Source of the DNA: Phoronis australis
Lineage: Eukaryota; Animalia; Phoronida
Direction: 5' to 3'
Assembly (NCBI GenBank): GCA_002633005.1
Contig: NMRA01000001.1
Location: 3,269,695-3,333,694 of the forward strand
DNA: 64,000 nucleotides
A program made the position numbers and the translations under genes. A model generated the notes under the pieces. It worked only from the letters and a program-made list of their open reading frames with translations. It was not told the DNA's origin and searched no databases. This document shows positions 55,101 through 64,000 of the stretch, in pieces (position 1 is the stretch's first letter; each line of letters opens with the position of its first letter).

Positions 55101-58100
55101 GCCCTGATCCGGGTAGAATTCAATGAAATAATGCGAATCTTCATCAGGTTCTCCGGGTTTTGTCAGCACAAATGTTGGTGTTCCATCAATCTTGACACCA
55201 ATACTTTGATCCTCGTTGATGAAGTATGGATTCATTATCATACTACGCACAGACTTAGCATCCTGCTCACTCACAGATGGGTTGTACTCAAACCCGGCGC
55301 GGCCATTACCATCGAATGTACATTCGCGCATGTGCAAGTATGAGGCCCGTGTGACGACACCGCTGTCAGCGTTATTCTGGAATGTTGAGCGCATGATTTT
55401 ATTCTCTGAGTAGACATCATTGAACATGATGCCGAGCCCATGAGACAATGACTGACGAATGACTATGTCCTCCAGAGTGTGGTAGTTGTAATCGATCTCC
55501 AGCGCAGACACGTACTCTCGACGGGCGTAGTCCATGAGGCCCGCTTTCTCAATAGTCACATGCTTTAGGGATGCCTTTGCTGCAGTAGCAGTCATTCTTA
55601 TGCCTAGAAAAGAATGATGAAAACAACAAATAGCCTTGGGTGCTTAGTCCCGACTTATTTTTTCATTTTGTGCAGAGATTTTCAAAATATGACATTTAGT
55701 TGCTAAATGTTGCAAAACATGCATTTGATTTGCATCACAGTACTATGCTACAACAATGTTGCATGCGATATTGTCATATGATCTTTGATTCTTCTATCCT
55801 CTAGATTGGCCAAAACTCAGTAAAATAACGTCTGTTATGAGGGTGATATTAGGAGCTGTGCACAAAATGTTGCTTTCAAATCAAACCGGCTGGAGATCGG
55901 ATCCTTTTGGCGATCTGACTAATTACAACCAGCAGAAACGATAAGCCCCTGACAATGTAATCAAATCAAACAGATGATAACTGTACAGCAAAGTAAGCAA
56001 AAACTTTCCAATGTAATAACAGACAAAGAAATCAGAGAAAGGAAGCACCAAAAGCGTATTAAAAAACATATCGTACTCAGTTGTCAATTGACAATCAAGA
56101 GCTCACCTGCCCATGTTGAGGGTTTACACTTAACATTTGCATCCATACTGTGGTCACACGAATGTTCACCCAGATGGTCGGCCCGACACTGCGTGATGTC
56201 CACATCAATGTCACTGCAGTCCACGTTACTCAGCAGGATGGGTGCACTGGAAGACCCTCTGATCGGATTACTCACTATCCAGTCATCGGGGTCAAGAGTC
56301 ATGCCAAATGACTGGCAGACAATGGCAGCATCCTGAATGGTCCAACCCTGAGATAGAAGCAGAAGAACTGAATCACTAATTAAAAGTAAAAATCTACATT
56401 TTGTTAATACCTACAAAGTGGCGTCTAGTTATGTAACTTCAAGTGTACACAATATACAATAAACAACACACATGACTGATGTATTAGTTGAGGTTGCTGC
56501 TCCGAGTGAAAATATTTACTTAACACAGCAACCATCACTTCAGCAGGAAGACTGGGTAGATGCAGTAACTTGACTAGTAAAGCCAGGGAGAAAACTAGCT
56601 ACGTCTGCCAGCAACCATGTTTTTATTACCCAACACCCTTAGCTAGACTACAGCAGAGACACCAAGTGTCGGACAAGTAAACTAAACGCAATCAAGATAC
56701 TGCAGCAGAGCTAGCTCAATTTATTCCAGTTTGTAGTTTGATTTAAAAAAATTGCTGAAAAAAAACTACTACAAGTGGTCTTCAGTCACGCAGAAGTAGA
56801 CCACAGAGACAACAGGATCACGTCAGACACATCAGCTCAAGCTGATGATCGGGGAGTGATGTCACAGAATAATTCATGCGTGTCTTTCTATAGAACTCAT
56901 CGCTGCAGTTAACACTCTGGTTTAAAGTGGCACACAATTTGTGAGTGATTACGTCACAAGTATACCTGTGAAATTCACCAACTTGTAAGCCTGTATAAGA
57001 GACCCTACATCATTTTCACATTGAACAAAACAGATACCAGAATTCTAGGTGATTTGACAGGAAGGCGTGATCACTTACCAAACTGCAGATGGTTCCCCAC
57101 TGGCTATCTACCATAACTTCAACTAATCCTTCATGTTTCTCATTTAAACCTTCGACTCGTAAATTCGTGTTGTTGCGGTAGAGATTCTCTTCAGCCTTTG
57201 AGAAAAGGACTTTAGAGGACTGGTCACCAGAGATCACCAGTTTTCCTTGGACCAGCATGCCGATGCTGTTATCGAAATACAGCTTGGCTCCTGTCTGAAC
57301 TTCGAATTTACGTTGGTCAAGAATATGAATGTCACTGTCCACACGATAGGTTTTGCCACTCTTAGCTGTATAGTCTAGGCTCACCTCTCCACCAATCAGA
57401 AACGTTCCATCGTCAAGCTTCCGCTCAAAATTGTCTGTAATAGCCTCCCCATCAGGATACTGGTCAGTATGCAGGTTGTCGTAGCGCAAGATCTTCTTAA
57501 TATCAATCCTGGCAAGATTGTATCTGTCGCTTTTGTCAAAAATCAGTCGAAATATTTCGCCTCTCATCTTGTCCCAGTCATCTTGGGTAGAGCCAGTTAT
57601 TTTAGGTTTGCCAAAGAAGTTGTAGTTACAGTCAATGGTGGTGGACGGATCGAGAAGATGGGTGGAGATCAGTTTATACGCAGCTGGATTACGCGACAGG
57701 TCGTTCCTGTGTACAAGCACACCACTCGACGATGCAATAATCAAACCACTGGCTGTGCTACGTGGGTTGAGTCCAGTGAACCCCTGTGTGATGACGTTGT
57801 TTACGAACCAGTTGAACTTAATCTCCAACTTTTGAATAATGCTCGCAGGATTCAGGCGTACATTGATGGCAAACCGGCCAGAGATGTTCTCAAATCGATT
57901 CCAGTCAATGAAGTAGTTCACTCGCATTCCTTGATACAAACGGGTCTTGATCGTTTCATCTGTGTTATCTATCCAGATCGCTCCTGCCCTACTGTTCTTG
58001 AATGTACAATTCCAGATATGACCTTCCGCATTCAACATGGGCTTTGCCCGCAAAGCCTGACCCCTGTTGTCATCGAAAGTCACCCACTGCATGGTGATGT

Positions 58101-61100
58101 TATTCAACCCCGTTGCTGTCTCTAAGCAAGACCAGAACTCAACGCCATCACCACCATTTCCAATAAACGATGTTGTTTCATTTATAACCGTCACTCCAGC
58201 CCGACAATAGTTGCCTACACGCAGACCAATTCCTTCATTGAAGTGAAACTGGCTCTTCAGAACCTCGGTGATTTGTTCCGACTCGTTTCTCGTTCTGTTG
58301 ACCTTGACATGCTCAATAAACATGCCATAGCCAAAGTTGTGCTTGACCATTGTGTTGTTGACAACACGTCGGCCGCCGGAGTATGTGATGTTGATCCCGG
58401 CGTTGTGGTTGTACATCACAACCGTATTGTTGATGATGACATCACCGGCTCCCTCGTAAATGCGTATACCAGCCTCATATTGATTATCTAAAAACCAAAT
58501 AGAAATTTACCTAAGTATGCTGTTATTACATCGCCACATGTTAACAGTGCACAAAAGTGTTGAGCTCAAATCATTACTTTCCTTAACACGGACAAAACAA
58601 TGTAGGTCATGAGGACTTTTATGCAATCAACTGTAAAATACATGTGACAAAGTTAATATTCTATTTCCACTCTGACAAGATCTCTTTCTACAACAACAAA
58701 AATAATGTTTTCAAAAAATTAATGCATCCTGACTAAAAGGGAAAAAAACTAGTTGTGCCCAACTTATCCATTTCAACATGGTGAGGTTGGAAAAGGGAAA
58801 ACAGTATAGCTTAAGGGTGACCCAAACAGCTAGGTATACAAGCACCTGCTGCAAGCCAATACCTGATTAAAATGTACGGATTGCTCAACTGTAAATCAAC
58901 CAAAATATGTAAGACAGAGACTATTAACCCAAACAGACAATTTAACATTACGACACGCCAACTGGTGAAGTATCAAGAGCTGAATACAATAACTGTACTT
59001 ACACGATATGTCAGAGTCGAGAATTTGAACCTTGCTTCTCATGTTTTCAACAGTCACACCTCGGAATAAGTTGTTCCGTATTGATACCCCTTTCAGTTCC
59101 AACTCCCGGGATTTCTCTACAAAACAACGGGTTGTGAATGCCGAGGTCACACTGCTTGCGAACACAAATTTTCGTGTCAAATGTAAATTTATTCATCCTA
59201 ATAATTTAAGCAGAAGAGAAAATGGTTTGAGAACAACTTAATACACAGTTAGCCTCAAAAGGGACAGTTTTTGCAAAGTTAATGTGGCTCTTGACATGAT
59301 GTTAAAAACTCCAACTGCCCTCTATTGAGAGACTGAAGAGTTTTATGCAGAGTTCCTACAGCATTATTGTGTAAATCATAACAAGCACCCTCCATTAGAT
59401 ACAACTCAATGAGCCTGGTGCAACTACAACAAGATCCCGCTCACTCTTAAATTTCACTGCCATGAGTTTCCAGGATTTAATATTTCATCTTGAATTACTG
59501 CTCTCATAAAAAGTAGACTTTTGTACGATTCTTTAATCATTTTCGTCATGCGAAACTGAATACATGAACTCACGATCTGACTCATAGAACGAGAGGTTTC
59601 TCTATCTCATGACATTTTTCTTTAAGTTTCCACGCATAGATACTAAGTATTCTAATTTGCCATTTCCCAAATTCTCCATAAGCGATAATCATGTACAGAT
59701 ATTTCCCAATCAAAGTACAGCATCTACAGTCACGTGACTCTGGAAATTGTCCTTCATTTCAATTCGCATAAAAACATCTTTGGAGAGGAACAAAATGTTT
59801 GCTAAAATTGTCTTCATAGGCATTTTTGGTGTTAGTAGAGCAGGTCTCGCATAACGATGTCACCAGGTGACGAGACTGTCTCACCCACAAATCGGCTCAC
59901 CTAGACTTTCCCATTAACATGACAAGGAAATCAACGCCATTTTGTGAGTCCACTCAAAGGTAGTTCGGCAAAGAGACAATTTAGGAGAAAGGGAAGCAGA
60001 CGAAGTTATGAAAAGCATTAACGGTCTTTTGCCATTGCTTTTTATGCTTGATAATACTAGACAAACTTATGAAAATACCGCATCTGGTTGCATGTCCAAA
60101 TTTAAGTAAGAAATCGCGTTAGCGTTGGGTCACCACGTAAACATTAGCTAGCCTATAAGCAGTATAAGTACACGTGAACCCTGGTAACCTATAAACAACA
60201 TAAAATATATACACGACTCCTGGTAACCTATAAACAGTATAAGCAGACCCAACAGCAGACATAAGTACATACCGACACCAGCGGTCACCTCCAATGTAAA
60301 CTTCATACATTCACTCAGTACAAAACAACCTTGGTCTGGAACCTGAAATAAGTTGCATGTCGACATAAGAAAGGAAATGTACCTAAAGTCTAAACTGTTT
60401 TTAGCAAACAGCGAATTTTTGCAAACAATTAAGCTAACAGGAATTATACTTGTCTGACATCCAATTATGAAGGACTGTAGGCACCAACGGTCAGTTGCAT
60501 GAAACATTCCCAACTGGAAAGGACTCAACAGGTTCCCTACATTACCCGAGTACTTGTAAACATTGTTTACTCACTTATTCTATATTTCTGCGCCACTTAA
60601 TCCTTATGAGCTGCATATTTACTCATGATATTTTCTAATAATATATCTGAAAACCAATCTCAAATTTCAATGCAAATAAGTAAGGATATACACCTTAAAT
60701 GATTGGCAGTACATGAAGAGATCCTTGTTTAATTTCAATAGTATTTAGAATTCAATGTAGAGTTTACTCTAAGTGTGTGTACCAAAGCTAAAACTTGAGG
60801 TAGCAATGACTGCAGAAGACAAATTAGCAGAAGAAAGGGAAATCAGTGTGTGTGCACAAAGTTTACAAACAGGCTTTTTACGAGCTACATGTTGTGTGTA
60901 AACTTCATGTTAATCAGACAAAAATGCAACCTGTAGAATCAATGCGTACAAAAAAAACAAAACAAGAACATCTTAACAGAGCAGCAGATTTGGGGAAATT
61001 TTATTTCAGCAAGTAATAAGATTGTTGCTATGCATCCATTTTGGATTGATGCATCTTGGGAACTAATGGTTTTCAAATTCCTATGTGCAAAGCTCATGCT

Positions 61101-63917
61101 ATTCAAACAGCAAGGAAATAAATTTACAAGTTAAACTTGGACCTCATAAGGAGACTTTCACACGATTTTTCAATATTTTTCAAAGAGGAATGAGGGCCCT
61201 GAACTTGCTCTTGGAGCAAAAAGTCACTGTGGGAGAGCCCATTTAAAGCCATGCTTTTCAAGAACAATTTGACTTTAACAGACCAATAAGGGATCCAGGG
61301 GCATTTTGTAATAGGACGATCTTGTTCCCCCTATGTCATGTAAGCACTTACATTCCCACGAGTGAAAAAAGTACACACACTCAGTGCCATGCCTGATCAT
61401 TTAACTGGCATGCTAACACCTCGATCACAAACAAACTTACAGACTACAACAACTAGAATGTGGTTTATCCCACTTTGTCATAAAACTGTGCTAAGCATAA
61501 CAAAATAAGTACCTACCCGCCAATTGAATCGCACAGACATAATGTTTCCTGGGCTGGTGACTGATTGAGGCATTCCATACAATGTACCATTGACAATGGT
61601 CAAGTTGGCCAATAGTCTGTCCGGGTTATTTTGGATGAAATCTCTTCCAATATCATAGACTTCCAGATAACCCTCTGCTTGTGGGCTGATGTCCATCAAA
61701 AGGACGTGCAATGTGATCACCTGACCACTGGGTGCTCTGAACTCCTGCAGGATAACAATACAGTGTGTTTCCACAGTTACTATGCAAAAATCATTATAGC
61801 TATGCTCAGTTTGTGTCAGCAGTGCAGGTACTACCACCAGTCCATTTTGGCAACCTTGACATCATTCCAAGGTCAACTGAGATATCAAGGTATCACTTAA
61901 ATGGGAAAGTGATGTTGGCTCAACATAAAACCATATATTAATAAAGCATAAAAATAGGGTCACCCAGAGACAAATGCATACTGTATACATGGTACTTACA
62001 GTTTTTAGTCCAAAACTGAATTAAGATCTTGGAATCAACAAATCTTGTCGAGTAGAAGCAGCCAATCAACTAGACGTATACGACTGAACATCGTTTTAGA
62101 AGCTAACATGTTCCGAGTTTCGCTACTGTAACCTAATCCTACATTGAACCCAATGTCATTGAAAACATCATCATTCTACGCGTCAATCAAAAAAGGGAAA
62201 GCAATTTATCGGTCTTTAGAGCCATCCTGTACTTTGCATTAACAATATATTGGCATCGTTGACTCTATTAGTTCCACTAGAACACTAGCCGTAGAACATA
62301 CAACGTTTGAGATACTGATCACCAAGGTATTTCAGTGACAGAGGAGAGAGATGCGGACACTGCAAGTCATGAAATTTAACAGATTCTGCACTATACAAAA
62401 ATTCCACTTTATAAATTAATCCAAGGTTTTATCTCCTAACCAAGGGATCGCTAAAAGTTATGTTTGAGAAACTTGATTTTAGTAGGTGAACAATATGTTT
62501 AGTGGGTGTTGTCACCCACAGCTTGTGAGGCATGAAACAACACTCCAGCCAAAGCCAAACTCCTGAAGCACCAACCTAATGTGGGATGACTTGGATAGAA
62601 AAACCTGCCACGAGTTCACCAAAACTTCATAAATTCACTGCAACTGCTATCCAAGTCATGGCACTACCTTGTAAGTGAACCATTCCAATGTTAATGGCTG
62701 ACAGTTTAAACTCCAACTACATTGAATCATGTGATTGACATTGGATAATAAGCTTAAAGTATGAATGACAAAATATTTTAATAACTTGACTTTTGAATTC
62801 TTTTTGAAAATTTAAACAAAAAAGGTTGAGAACAGAAATCGAGAAAAAAACACACTCCACTCTAACCACAAAAGTTGTGTTTATCTGCGATTACTGCTTG
62901 AGTAAGATTTTGAACTTTGTAATACAATTTCTCTAGAAAGATTCTACTGATTCTAAAAAAGTAAAATCTCTCCACATCAGAACAATGCTTTGGATTTTCT
63001 TGTTGGAGCTTTCGTTACCTTTTGCATCTGATTTAAAATCAAGAGACACACTATTTTACGCCAAGTTCTAAATACTGCATGTACTGTTCCAGATAATTGA
63101 CTCAAGCACTGAAAAAACGCAGACAAACCTTTGAGACTTTATCCCTGTCAAAGTACTTTTGAAAAACATTTGGTCACATGACCCCAAGAATAGCACAGTG
63201 CCGGGAATAACATGTCATAGTAGATTTGTTTCTACTCCTTGTATCAGAAATTGTATACTCCTATGGATTGACAGTTGCTGGTTACTTTGATACGTGACGA
63301 TGAACACAGCACTTTAATTAGGGGTACAGGGATCTTTAAAGTAATTGTCAATCTATGTGTCTGAATTTTTTCACATTTCACAAAAAAATCCTTAAAATTC
63401 CAATATCGACACAAACTTTATGAGTCTTCAATGAGTGAAAAATATCAATTCATACCTTAAAACATTGGGCGATTGCTAATAATCCCCCGACTGCTATGTT
63501 TTTGTAATTTCTCATAGTTTTTGCACTGAACATACATTTCTAAACCCCCTAGACTATTTAGAACTTTTGTATTCCTATTGTCAATTTGCAGGGTCAGCCA
63601 TGTTATTTATCATCAAACAAAAGAACGTGGCCAACATGCAATGCTGTATGGTGGACAACCATCATAAAACACCTATGAAATGATCACCTGTGAACACGGC
63701 GACGTCTGGGAGGGTAACCCATGTATGACCATGGGAAATATGTGCTTTTCATTAATGACTGATGACCTTTGACAGAAGGTGAACTTCTTTTCTACCAAAA
63801 ATGACTCAAAAGAGTAAGGAACCATCCTCATGTGGACACCATCGCCACCGTTGTGCTCGATGACTGAGTTGGTAATGAAGACACGGCCCAATTGAGACTT
63901 GACTAACATACCGTGAC
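46153..63917 (-). CDS. bark: Protein bark beetle/Anakonda-like (CUB, SRCR, PbH1 beta-helix repeats, C-type lectin, TM, cytoplasmic tail), 5'-partial; exons 63917-63688, 61744-61517, 60342-60273, 59116-59003, 58487-57079, 56347-56107, 55603-54866, 54603-52096, 51084-50406, 49771-49590, 49116-49022, 48230-48023, 47261-46153
   Basis: SRCR motifs (EGLVEVMVDSQWGTICS, LLSNVDC...DITQCRAD...CDHSMDANVKC, LVGGDYPNEGFLQ); NWWGT...IRERIFDFDDWNNY beta-helix-associated motif; C-type lectin (CRPGWARYENRCY, LPFICE); one TM helix; C-terminal ETEI*. Splice phases are consistent throughout. Confidence 0.88.
60145..60245. repeat. Degenerate roughly 40-bp tandem repeat next to a Bark splice donor
   Basis: cctggtaacctataaaca occurs twice plus a third partial unit. 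Confidence 0.7.
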
Positions 63918-64000
63918 CTGCAAATGAATATGCAAACTGTGATACCCTGACAACGGTCTGGCTTCTACAACCAAATACACATTAAAAACCGCAAAAGTCA

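Overview
Eukaryotic genomic DNA from an invertebrate animal (GT-AG introns, AT-rich; a Bark beetle/Anakonda homolog suggests a non-vertebrate, plausibly spiralian). In order: the large first coding exon of TOGARAM1/crescerin (minus, runs off the left edge); a TSSK1/2-like testis-specific kinase (plus) with two intact, diverged copies of its first coding exon sharing one set of downstream exons; an intronic tRNA-Asn(GTT); many MITE/foldback elements; a complete 17-coding-exon RBM25 (plus); an unrecognised two-exon basic, Cys-rich, AT-hook protein gene preceded by CRE sites (plus); and the 3' part of a Bark beetle-like gene (minus, starts beyond the right edge). No CRISPR or prokaryotic features. 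The best candidates for something new are the duplicated kinase N-lobe exons, the AT-hook orphan, degenerate copies of exon/donor junctions inside introns of two genes, and a possible 3-nt microexon. All coordinates and alignments were done by eye and no database searches were run.
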